Assembly (NCBI GenBank): GCA_002269645.1
Contig: NIVC01002811.1
Location: forward strand, 124,001-188,000
Source: Macrostomum lignano
Lineage: Eukaryota
Length of the DNA stretch: 64,000 nucleotides
Direction: 5' to 3'
Shown here: positions 13,789 through 26,039 of the stretch, piece after piece
How positions within the stretch are numbered: position 1 is the first letter of the stretch
Layout: every line of letters starts with the position of its first letter
Position numbers and translations under genes: made by a program
Notes under the pieces: model-generated
Database searches by the model: none
The model's input: only the letters and a program-made list of their open reading frames with translations
Told to the model about the DNA's origin: nothing

Positions 13789-14790
13789 GTTAATACAGTA
13801 TTGCATGGCATTACTAAAGGATTGGGGATTGCAATCGCATGATGAGTGCGTCAAAACAGAGCTGGAAAGATAGGCAGGATTTTCGTGTTTTTTGTGCGAG
13901 CATTTTTGTTTTACCATGCAATTTTTCTGGCAAGTTGTCGATCTACCAGCAGTCCGTTTGTTATTATCGATGCTGTAATTTGGCTACAAGTGAAGTATAC
14001 AACATGCTCAAGGTTTCAACATGCAAAATCTGTGAACCTCTCTACCGTACTGTTTTTGTTAAAGTATCCTCTGTAAAGTAGAAATGGAAAACCCAGTTAT
14101 TTTATGGCATTGTACTACAAAAACATTCAGCTCAATTCGGCAGATCAGTTTAGTTGGAGTACGTATAAGTATTAGCAATAATTTCGCTGACGTTTTGAAA
14201 AAGAGCTAGTGTAAGTCTTTGGTGAAATTATCAATGAGAGGTACTGTGTTCTAATTAACATAGCTTTTTAGCGATGTCCTCTACAGGTGTTGAACATCAT
14301 CTGTATGTACATTGGAACCCGTCATCTTCTGTACATTCTATCTTCACGTCAGCAATGAGATATTCGTTATTTGTTGTTGCGCGTCCCTTGCATGCCGCTT
14401 CCTGCGCAGAGTTCTGTTCATGCCCGATAGATATTTTTTGACGAAAATCTCATTTTCTCTCTTTTTTACTCGAAAGGCAGGCAGGAAAGATGATTTTACC
14501 TGGCCAAGAGGCTAGGAAAGTCATCATTGGCTTTGAAATTGAAAAGAGCGCAGTTGTTTGAGCTGCGTTGAAGTGAATTTTTAAAAGAGAGATTAGGAGA
14601 GTTCTCTGGTTCACAGCATAGCTGCATATTAGTGCTCCTGCTGTGTGTTTTACTTTCCTTTGTTTTTAATTATATTACCAACCTGTTGGTGACTTTTTTA
14701 CCAAAGCAGCTGACGACGTCTGCGCGCCATGCCCATATGAGACAACCTGAGAAGCATTCGTTAGACCCAAATTAGCCAAATTCGTAAGTT

Positions 14791-15095
14791 CAGGGGTCGA
14801 CAGACTTCGGCCCGCAGGCCATATGCTGCCCTCGAAGCCTCTCTATCCCGCCCTCGGGTCCTTCGAAACTTCACAATAGCAATCCGGCCTGCTCAGGGTT
14901 TGTGTGTCTCTTCTCAGCTGTCTTCTCTTCTCTCTTCTCTCCTCTTCTCTTCCCTCTTCCCTCTCCCCTCTCTCCTCTCTTCTCATGTCTCATCTTTTAT
15001 TCCCTCTCCTTTCCACTCTCATCTGGCCCGCAGCCATTTGCTGCATGGACTCTCTATCTCTGGCCCTTGAGGTAAAAAAAGTTTGCCGATCCCTG
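14791..15095. mobile_element. hAT-like MITE; partial inverted copy at about 11325-11540
   Basis: Termini CAGGGGTCGACAGACTTCGGCCCGC and GTTTGCCGATCCCTG are typical hAT/Charlie TIRs; no matching TSD seen; interior is homologous to the reverse complement of 11325-11540. Confidence 0.65.
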
Positions 15096-16313
15096 CTACA
15101 CAGTTTATCAACTGTTTCTATGGTCCCATAATTTTCGTCTTCGCCCGCTCTTTATTTGAGCCAAACTTTTAACATTTTCGGCGTTTTTTTTAAAATTCGA
15201 CTCCATCTTTTTAAAACAATGACTTTGCGGATCGCACCCGAGCGTTTGGCAACAATGGATAAATAATCAGCGGTCCCAGTGCGTGGCAACGGTTGTCACG
15301 TGCTGCGATCGCTGATTCTTTGCATTGTTTTTCTGTTTGACGATCCTAAAAACAATGCATTGTTTGTAGTAATGCATTGTTCTGCATAAAAAATGCGAAT
15401 AATGATCGTCAAATTGCTAAACAATGGGCTCTATCTAGCCTCCAGTTCTGGTTGTGTGGTTGTAGCCACCTGAGAATGTCTATGGCCCAAAATACATTTG
15501 ATTTAGTGCAAAGTCAGCCAGGCGGGCACGGGTATAGCATGGACAAATGCCGGTTTTAGATAAATAAGACCATTTTTAGTACGAGTATACGGAATGCTCC
15601 TGAGATGCTGTCTGGATTAGTGGATATCCAAGAGATTTTCCCCAAAACCAACGTTAAAGCTAGATCGCGTTTTGTTTTACTTTTTGCTTCATGTTTTTTT
15701 GGTCTGGTGCAGCGGCACCAGTACTACTTAGCTTTTCTGTTTGTTTGAGTTTTGTTAGAACATGTCGTTTAATGGTTTATTTTAATTTTGCGTCGAAAAT
15801 TTGTTTACTTTTGTCCTGTGATTCCGAAAATGTTTGTACAGTGCAATGACCACTTGGTTTTGAGCGATTTATTAAGCGTAATACGTGCGCCACAGTATCT
15901 GCAGCCGATGTTGTTCTCCCGGAACTTTCGGAGCTCCAACTCGGTGCACCGTTTTGCGGTTGCGGTGAGCGTGTGCAAAAATAGACGACATACTTGCGCG
16001 TACTATTATACATTGTAGCACTCGTAACAGCCCTTAGCTATACTATTTTGTTATATTGCACAATACACAGAAACGAAAAATGATCGGATTTTTTTGTTTT
16101 AATAAATTGCAATTGGACTGTTGTCTAATTCTTATAAAGTTTCGCTGTGCAATTATTGAGCTTTTGTGAGTTTTATAACAATTTAAAAGTTCTGCATCTC
16201 ATAGATTGTTGTAGCGCGTACCTATACATTTGTAGTAGCAGCGAGAACGTGTGTCTGCTAGTGCACAGACAATCGCACAATTATCCACAATCGACGAATT
16301 GCAGTGCTAATGC

Positions 16314-16791
16314 CAGTGTTGGGCACAGGTCCGATACTCCGATACTCCGATAGTATCGCCGATACCATTTGAGTATCGGAGTATCGGACCTCGTTGCTTT
16401 TTTTCTCAGTATCGGACATTGGTATCGCCGATACATTTTCTTAAGTCTGATACATGTAAATCCGATACATAAATAATAATAAATATAATGAAAATTTATA
16501 ACAATATTTTGCCCATTTAATCTTCTTCTCTAATCAGCCACGTCTCGCTAGAGTCTTTAGTGTCTAAAAATTAAGTAGCTAAGAGCTTTTTCTTCATTTT
16601 TGGCTTGATAGATGCAGAAAAGTGAGAAAACGCGAAAAAATGATGTATCGGACTATAAGTATCGGAATAAAGTATCGCGCGATACTCAAATTTTGGTATC
16701 GGACCAACAAATATCGCCGATAGCTTTAGAGTATCGGTATCGGAGTATCGCTTTAAAACGATACTTTTTTAAAGTATCGCGCCCAACACTG
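16314..16791. mobile_element. hAT-type MITE, 478 bp
   Basis: TIR CAGTGTTGGGC..GCCCAACACTG; 8-bp TSD GCTAATGC at 16306-16313 and 16792-16799; many subterminal CCGATAC/GTATCGG motifs. Confidence 0.9.
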
Positions 16792-17437
16792 GCTAATGCA
16801 AATCATGGGATAAGTTAGAATTGTGATCTCCCATTGGAGTTGAGAGTTGAGTTTCATCCATACTAAAAGAGGTGTTAATTTAAGTTATTATTTTTTACTT
16901 TAAAAATCATTCAAATCAATAAGAAGAATATACATGTACAGTACTCGTACATCGAAGCATACATGTGTTGTATGATTTACACAGTAATATATGGAATTTT
17001 CACCGCTAAGGCAGAAAAAAACAAAAACACGGCGACTTTCTATAAAGAGAAGGAGTGTAGTGTAGTGTGGCCGCGGTGGCCAATTAGAATGAGCGAGCCT
17101 CAAAGTTAGCAAACGATTTCTAGACTGAAGACTGAACATGGGTGGGAGTGAAACACCAAACTTCAGCGACGCGCTATAGCGGGCAGAGAGAGGCAGAGAA
17201 ACGTATGTACTTTTAGAATTGTGCGCAGTTGCACGACTTGAGGCACGTTCACTGAAAGCTGAATTGGAAAGAAAAACGAATCTATGAGATTTACTTATAA
17301 CATCTGTACTCAATGCATCTTTCCATTCGTAGTTGAAGCAAGTATAATCTAAGGCCGATCAAATAGTAGCCATACAAAATCGTAGTGTAGAAGCGTATAA
17401 TCCGAATTTAAGGAAAATTCTAAGTCCGAGTTTACAC

Positions 17438-18134
17438 CAAGGACGACTTAAGTAGAAGGACGGGAAACCTCGTTTCTTAGAAAAGTTTTGAAGGCACTTT
17501 TTCCCGAAAAAATACACTACGGAGATAGGAAGTTTTCATTTTTTCAGCACAAAAATTGTTATTGCGTTTGATAGGAGGCAGATCCAGTGTTCATCTTTTG
17601 ATATGTTGTGCCTTTTTTATTGCTCTATCGATATTTATAAAGCTTTTCGTTCAGAAAATTAGGATTCTATGTTAATTTTTTATTCTACGTATATTTTCGC
17701 GTGTCTTGTGCTTGAAATACATTAGAATGCCACGGCTCGGCTCTTTAGCTTCATGAGTCTTTTTTATCATTCTTACCCGACTGTGTAGCAAATATTTGTA
17801 ACAGAGATGATAAAATAGGTTCATAAAACCAAATATTGGAGCTGTGTCATGCATTTTTGTGATTTTTAGATACAGGAAATATACGTAGAATAAAAAATTA
17901 ACATAGAATCCTAATTTTCTGAACGAAAACTTTTATAAATATCGATAGAGCAATAAAAAAGGCACAACATATCAAAAGATGAACACTGGTTCTGTTTCCT
18001 ATCAAACGCAATAACAATTTTTGTGCTGAAAAATGAAAGCTTCCTATCTCCGTAGTGTATTTTTTCGGGAAAAAGTGCCTTCAAAACTTTTCTAAGAAAC
18101 GAGGTTTCCCGTCCTTCTACTTAAGTCGTCCTTG
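17438..18134. mobile_element. Fold-back hAT-type MITE, copy 1 (697 bp, nearly fully palindromic)
   Basis: Ends CAAGGACGACTTAAGTAG..CTACTTAAGTCGTCCTTG; TSD GTTTACAC at 17430-17437 and 18135-18142. Confidence 0.92.
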
Positions 18135-21100
18135 GTTTACACACGAAGCTGTGCAAGACTTATAAACGCATTAAATTATTATTTATCATTAATATAGTCT
18201 TATCGACTTTTTTATAGATTTAAAAGTTGCATAAAGTTAGTTTTATAATGTCTTTTGGCGCGAATTCGGATTTGAATTAACTTTTGACTTCTAAAGATTA
18301 TAAACTGTCAGAATATTGCTCGTCGACTTCACGATGATGAAGAAATTATAATTAATCTAGAACGTTGGAAAATTAGAACTTGCTTGTTTTAAAGTTGTAA
18401 ATGTCAGTGTCTATGTATATTAAGTATTTAAGTAAAAGCAGGCACAAAATCGACTATACAGCTTTTTATTTATTAGATGTAATTTTCTAGCAAAGAGCAA
18501 ATGTTTAGCTAGAGCTGGCTGGTTTGAGTTTTGAACACTGTCTTTATCTAAATAAAATATAAAGGGGTTTAATTAAAAACTCGGAGTTCTACTAATGCCA
18601 ATGGCCTGATCGTTTGAGCCTGACAAACTAAAACTAAAAGTCATTAGACAAAACCTATTGCTACTAAGTAGGATGGAGTACTTTATATATCAATTATCAA
18701 TCAAGCCTATCCATACCATACCATGTCCATAGCCTAGCCCTAGGGTTTATAAATCCTATAGTTCATAGAGTTTGTAACATTTAGGTCTGTTCAGTTTGTA
18801 AATCCTACCTAGGGTATAGGATTTTATTATATTATGCTTAGGGGGCCATCTGGGTGGCCCACCTCATGACCAAAGGTGACACTCCTTTCTCTCCTGCATC
18901 CTTTCGCCGCAAAAGTCCCGCCAACCCCCCCCCCACACATCTCAGCAGCAGCCGACTTTCCTCGCGGGGCTTTGAACTGCTCCTCCTAATAATTAAAAAA
19001 TTGCAAAATAGCAATATATCATATATGGCCAATGTAAATGTCCGCGGCTAAGGGGCATAGCCAGGAATTTTCTATGGAGGATACACCAAGATAAAAGTGC
19101 TATGGTAGTCACATGGTAGCATGTATAGCAACAAAAGGCAACAAAAAAGTTTTGGTCAAGCTCTTTGGGGGATATATCCCCCCTACCATACTCTAGATCA
19201 TGTAGTATATGCCCAAAAATTTGGGTGTGTATTCAGTGTATTGGCCTTGCATACCAAAATTAGGCATGCACAGTTGGCGTACATCACTCCTAAGAAAATA
19301 GTATGCGTGCATACCTGGTGTGCATTTAATAGAATCACGCACAAAAGTTATTGTAAAGTAGAAAAAAAAATAAAAAAAAGTATTTTTTAGCAAAAGATTT
19401 CCAGTTTTTTAGCTTGCAAAAAGCATTTAAACAAATCTTTGTATGTATCAATTCTTTGCTATACACAAAAATATCACTAAAAAAGCATAAAAATCAACAA
19501 AATTATCTGCTAATAAGGGTCAATAAGGCAATTGAAAAAATGTAATTTATTGTTGCAACACTGGCATATTTTTGGGAATGGGGTGCACTAATTTTTGTGG
19601 TGTGCATTTGTAATTAATCCATTTTTGTTTAGGCATGCACCTAGCATGATCTAGACTATGGCCCCTCTATCCTATAGTCTGGATCATGCTGGGTGCATGC
19701 CCAAACAAAAATTGAAAAATTTAAATAAGAAAATGATTTTATAACTTGGGTCACATCTTGTTAATTTCATCTTGTAATCATATGGGTGATTACAAATTAT
19801 ATTAGAAGGAATATATCACAAAATTGAATAGATTAGTATGGTCCCAAATTTGCAGTTTGATTGTGTTCATTCTATGGAAACAGAATCCTAGTCTATGTCA
19901 AACAATATGTCTCTATCAACAATCTGCAGGGTTGAGAACAAAAATTATTCATTATGATAAGCTTTTGCACCCTCTCACTTTTGTCTTAACAATCTACTAT
20001 TAATATAAAAGATATATCTATTTCACTTGGTGGATCATGAAACAAAAGTGAGGGGGAATAGAAGTAGATACAAATAGTAAATGTCCCTTTCTTGCTTCTG
20101 CGGAATGTCTAAAATTTTAGAATACAATTTTTTCAATAATTCTTTAAATGCAACTTTTACTATTAATATAATTTTGTAATTTGAAACCAATAAAGCTCTT
20201 TTAGTTTTATCTTATAATCACCTATAAATAATTTCACCATTTAAAATAAATGTAAAGCATTCTTTTTTATAGCCTATGCTAGAGTGCCTTTTTTAATCTT
20301 TTTAATGGGGATTGTAAAATGAAACTTGACTTGCTTAGGGATTATAAAATAAAAGAAAGCCTTTTTGTCTTACTCTTAATATATACCTGATCTAATGTCA
20401 CAAAAAATTACCAGACCTTATTTGTACACTAGAACTACAAAAATGTTTCATTAAAACAATGTTTCCACTGTGTCATGTCTACCAAGATATATGCTAATGT
20501 ATGCTAAAAAATGGCAAGTATCCTTGTTGTATGCCAAGAAATCCTAGTATACATGTTGCTATCCAAACTTAAACTATAGCTGATGGCTCTTAGCTTATAA
20601 TTCATTTTTTTCAACTTTATGTCTAGGCCTAGTCAGGCTATGCTAGCCAATGAAAATTTTTTTTATAAAATTTGTGTGGAAAGCATTTTTATATAAAATA
20701 TGATGCCTATACTCAATTTTTTGTGCAAATTAAATATATATACAACTTGAAGTTGCTTTGGTCTTGCTTTTTGTTTTCTTATTTATAATGACTGATATTT
20801 TTTGTTTTTAGCAATAAAAAATAATGGCCTATATATGTATATAGACCTAAATATATATTTTATGCTATAATAAAATATTTTACTGTCTATAAATATAATT
20901 ATTTAAGCAGGTTATTGCTTTGCTTCTTCTAGACTAAGCTATACTATATCACCTTGTTTTTAGCATAGCCATATCAAAAAGTCAAAGACTATCTAAAGTT
21001 TTTATGGATTTTATAAAAAAAATTATTAAGTAAAATAAAAAGACTTATATAAGTATAAAATTTAAAGAGAATTTTTATTCCCTTAGCTAAAAACTATATG

Positions 21101-23292
21101 GAATATATGGTCATGGTAGATAAATTGCATTTTATTGCATTTATTTCATTTTTTCATTATTTCATTTATTGCATTTTAACCTAGAATATACCAAGAAAAT
21201 TAAATTGAGTTTTTTGTCCTATAGCTCAAAAAATACATTTTCAATAAGGCCACTATAACAATAGAACTTTAAGGTTTCATGTTAGAAATAACAACTAAAA
21301 TAGCATTTTTTCAAAACCTACAGAATAATTTGACTTAAAAATCAAGTTGAACATATTGTCTTTAACAATATTTCATATGTTCAAATATATCAATTTCTTA
21401 GAACACATTCTATTATTGCACTAGTAATCTACTCAATCAAGACTAGATATAAAGTGCACAGGTACCCAATAAACAGCCTTGGCAATAGCTAGTATAAAAA
21501 TCTGTATTGCTTAAGTCCCTAACCCTAGCTAGTATAATCTCTATTGCTTAAGTCCCTAGGGTTAGGGACTTAACAGTTAACTTTATAAAGGCTTTTTCAT
21601 GCACGCTCTTTCATAAGGCCGAAACTTCACTTTGCCAAAAAAATCATTTTAGCAGCATCCTTACTATGGTCAAAAGGGGATGCTAATGAAAATAGAACTG
21701 CAAGCAAGCAGTGACGATTTCACTGCACCAGTTTCTTTATTTTGACCTAAGTGTTACTGCTACAAAAGTAGCAGGGAGGGATCTAAGGGATCACGATGGT
21801 CACTCAGTTTTTTGTATGGAATATTTTTGATATTCCTTACTTCATTTGGGGTTAACTTTGATTTCTATTATACGTCAGATAGACTTTTAAGTTGTAGAGT
21901 GCTCGCATGTTGTTGTAAGGCTCCTTTGAAGGCATGCAGATTTTCTTGGATTCTGATTAATAGAATATGCATGGCTTTTAGTCTCTAATTCTTTGGCTTC
22001 TGTGAACTTTTCTGTTGTAGTCTTAGACTTTATATTTTAAAAACACTTTTGGTGTAATTACGAGTAGCTTCTAAATTTAGTTGGACATCTACAAATGTAT
22101 TTGGTAATTTTTGTTTGTTTTATACGAGCAACTTGGCTTGTCAAATTTTGTCTCAGGTTTGTTCCACTTAGACAGAATTTGTAAATGGGAGAATCTCATC
22201 AAACTCTGGTGGATTTCATACCCAAATAATTACCTTTCACTCATTGGTCAAATAACGTCAAAGCTAGCCAACCACTGGCCTCCCACTTTTGCAAGATTAC
22301 ATTATAGCTGCAGAGATGACATCACAAGGTCGAAGTTTAATGCCTCTTCGACAAAGATAACTAGATAAAGACAAACTCAACATTTAAGTGATTTTTTTAG
22401 TAAAAGCATAGTTTTCAACATATACGCAAGCAAGACGATTGAAGACATATTCACATTTCATTTCTAAAGACAAATTCCAAAGAGGGTAGACTTTTTCAAA
22501 GAGATCTTCGATCATCAAAGACTTTTGGAGATGTCTTGGAGTGTATTTAAACTGAAATTAATATTGTATGTAACAGTAATAATTTTTAGTTTCATGATAC
22601 CTGTATTTAGTAATTTAGTAGTTAGAATTTAATAGTTCGTATTTTGTATTTTTGAATCGCTATGAGTCGTTCTGAGTCACTGATTCCCCATTACGCGATA
22701 GAGTCAGGCCCCCTTAGAATAGTCCGCCCCATTTCCGTGGCAACTTTTGTCTGCTGCAGAAGCCCTATTCAGAGATAATCAGGAATAGTACTGCTCGGGC
22801 ACTGAAATGCTAATGTCTTCTAGCTTCTATGTTCATGTCTTCTATGTTTTCTAAATGCCTTCTAAATCTTCTAAGCAGTTCAATACTTAGATGATATTAA
22901 GCAGATATGCACAGGTCACGAATATTTGGTGACAATGACAAGATAAAAATCACTTAGACTAAGAAACAAGCAATGCCGCTAACATACACAAATGCAACAA
23001 AACAGAAACTACAACATATAGCAAGAGTGTGAAAAATAGGCACATAGAGACTCAGCACAGAAAACCTAGACAGTGACCGTCGAACAAAACGATCGTATGT
23101 GACTGCGTACCAAGCAAAATGCTGGCATTGGAATGCTGGCACAAGAAAACTTGTAAAACTTCTCCAAAGGCCTGCAAATTTGATGCAAATATTGTCAAAG
23201 TCAAAATGTTACTATTACAAAGTAATAAAAATCCCAAGTGCTTGTTGCAGAACCAGCTGTTATCTAACAGGTCTGTTTGGTATAAATAATAG

Positions 23293-23328
<36 letters not shown>

Positions 23329-23559
23329 ATGCACCTGCGTAGTGCTAGTGCAATACAGATGCATTTCCAAAACACGCACAAAATAGGCCACTGATTGCTT
23401 CTTTTGTGCACCTCGCTCACCTTTAATGCCTACACAGGTACATAACTTTTCCAATGGGGATTAGTAGTAAAAAATTAACTGGGAGTTACATACTCGTATA
23501 TTGCAGGCACAGATTGAACATAGAAAAGGCTTTATTTACGTCTGTACTAACCGCTGCTA

Positions 23560-24771
23560 TCCCCTTCCTGATTCTGGCAAACTACGAAAGTAAAAATTTC
23601 CTATACTGATGAGTTCCAATGACTTTCAAATACTGAGGGATAAGGTCCAAAAAGGCAGGAAAAGTTTTGAATAGTAAGAAAAAGCACAGTCTGACATGAT
23701 CAGTGTCTCACTCTCATAGCAAAGAACTTTCGCAAGTTGAAACGAGTTGCAGCTTTTTGGCGCTCAAGGTGACAAATACGAGCGTATGCCTAGCCAAAGA
23801 ACAGCATGCACCAGCTCAATGTGCTCATGTGGAAGAAGCAGCATGCACATTAGAAGTTTGGCGTAGCTCCGAATGTCAGCATTGCGGCACAAGTCAGTCC
23901 ACAGGCCCAGCTTCTTCAGCTTTGCTAGAATTGCCTGCGTGAAGTGAAACCAACAACCGTTTGCAGTTGCACTTGGGAATGCCTTGGTAAGGGAGTCCCG
24001 CAGAGCAGCTTCAAAGTCAGTCGTTATATTTAATGGCTCGAAAGCTGGGCACAGTTCCTGGATTTTTGTCCAAACCAGGTGGTAGGTGGCCTTGGACTTG
24101 CCATTCAGGAGTGAAAAGAAGCACGGAAAAAGTAGCCTTGCTTACGCACTCCAATTGTTACTGTTAGTAACTGGTAGAAAATGCACGGCACTATGTGAAA
24201 TGTACCATCAGCAAAGATGGTGTCAGCATGTTCAAGCTCTCGCAGCAGGTCAGGGTGCGCGAAAAAAATAGCAGCATTTTGTCCAGTGTGACTGCTGCCT
24301 TGATACACTTTCTTACCATCAATGCCACAGCATTAAAGGTTTAGATCGCCAGCCTCGAGGAGTTCTATGGCCTCCTCAATTGAAGTAGGAATGTGAGGCT
24401 AGATAGCACGTGTCTTGCCACATGCGAAGCTCCACTTGTGGAAAGGCAATATCATGCCCACCCACATTGCCACTTAAAATCTCATCAAACACTGAACGCA
24501 GGCGCTTCGCAGGCTGCTCCATAGCTGCACTATTCAGACTGCATTTCAGCTTCATAACATGCACTTCACTGTCTGCAACTGGATCATGATTGTGCTGCCC
24601 ATTCAGAATTAGATCTTCACCTTGACCTCTCACTGTCACTTTTGTTGCACAAGTACAATTTTGACATATGAAATATTTTGTTTCATTGTGTGTCCTTCTG
24701 CAGGAGTAAAGAATGTTCTGATAGAGCAGAAGGCTTGATCCTCGCTTGCCTTCAATCAACTCCAAGGCCAT
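23560..24771 (-). pseudogene. Degraded Mutator/MULE transposase with N-terminal FLYWCH-like zinc finger
   Basis: GKRGSSLLLYQNILY..C..C..HNH (FLYWCH-like); IFADGTFHIVPCIFYQLLTV; near 23900-24040 TTDFEAALRDSLTKAFPSATANGCWFHFTQAI. Reading frame is broken. Confidence 0.85.
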
Positions 24772-25439
24772 TGTTTAAAGCTATTTCTGCGTTTCCAAAT
24801 ATCAATGTGAAAGTGATGCACTGAAAAAAGGCAGGATGATATTTAACAAAACTTAGTAAAGGCTTAAACTGTGAATTACATAACAATAGGTGGCAGGCCC
24901 ACTACTTCATCATATTATGCTAGCTAGCTTTTATATTTATTTTTCTTTTTATTTTTGAAAGCATACCATGATAATTGTCCAAGTAAAATGACCAAGTAAA
25001 ACAAAAGAAAAAATGAAAATAAGAAAAGCAAATATGGAAACAAGAAAGGGGCCATGGCCATGAAATACACATGCTGGCTTCTATGAGACAAAGGTTTAGG
25101 CAATTTGGAATTAAAGTCTGGATTTGCTAAAGAAGCTTATTTTCAGATAGTTCCAGCTAGCTCAGACAGAGTGCTTGGCAATGGCGACAGAAGTGTACTT
25201 GGCAAGCTTTTTAACAAAATGGGACCATTAGAGTAAATTTATGGTATGTAGGCCCCCTATTGACTAAAAAGAATATTTTGCCTTTGAGGCAAAAGTGGAT
25301 AAAAGAGACAAGTTCAATGATATTGGGGCACGGACGTTGACTAATCTTATCTTATAAAGAGATACAAGACCACTAGGGCCTAACATGTGATATGGTGGAC
25401 TTGGCTGATGATTTGATTAAATCATCACGACATCAGAAC

Positions 25440-25718
25440 CCTGATTGCAGCGCATGGGCATTTTGGCGGACGGCGTCCGGCGCGGATCTAATACGGCGCG
25501 GCGCGGCGCATACGGTGCGCAGCGATTAGTACGGCGCGGCGCGGAACTAATTAGATGCCGAGGCTTTTAAGCTTGATAAGAGAGTCATAGTTACTCCTGC
25601 CGTTTACCCAAAACTGCGTTAATTTTGCTTTAGGGTTTCTTTCACAGGTAAGTCATTTCACAGCGTGGCGCAGGTTGTGTAGGCGTCTGGCGTACTTAAG
25701 CCATGCGCTGCAATAGGG
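25440..25718. mobile_element. 279-bp non-autonomous DNA transposon (hAT-like) carrying a 28S rRNA fragment
   Basis: Imperfect TIR CCTGATTGCAGCGCATGG / CCCTATTGCAGCGCATGG; 8-bp TSD ATCAGAAC at 25432-25439 and 25719-25726. Confidence 0.8.
25546..25609 (-). pseudogene. 28S rRNA fragment (H69-H71 region, R2 target site), copy 1; not an rRNA gene
   Basis: Reverse complement GGGTAAACGGCAGGAGTAACTATGACTCTCTTA-TCAAGCTT-AAAAGCCTCGGCATCTAATTAGT versus the conserved eukaryotic 28S GGGTAAACGGCGGGAGTAACTATGACTCTCTTA-AGGTAGCC-AAATGCCTCGTCATCTAATTAGT (recalled). Confidence 0.85.
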
Positions 25719-26039
25719 ATCAGAACAAAGACTGCAAAAATTTAAATGCCCCTCTGAATCCATTTTTTTGAGTGTGGGTCCAGAAATCACTGTTTCTAAT
25801 TGAAAATTAAGATAATAAAATCTCATCAGCCAAATATGATGCCATAAAATCAAAGACCTACGACAAAAATAAAATGAATGAAAAATAAAAACTACAAATA
25901 CAAATTATATCTAGTAAAAACTAGCAGGTTAAGGTACCAAACAGTTGTCCAAACAAGCACTTTTTGTGCTGTTTGACAACCTGCAAGAAGTAGATAGATG
26001 ATGCTGGTAGAGTCGCTCGCTTGGCGAGAAGAATAAATA

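Noticed and set aside
25790-25832. Second hammerhead (CTGATGA..GAAA on the minus strand)
   Set aside because: No stem II closing pair; AT-rich chance match.
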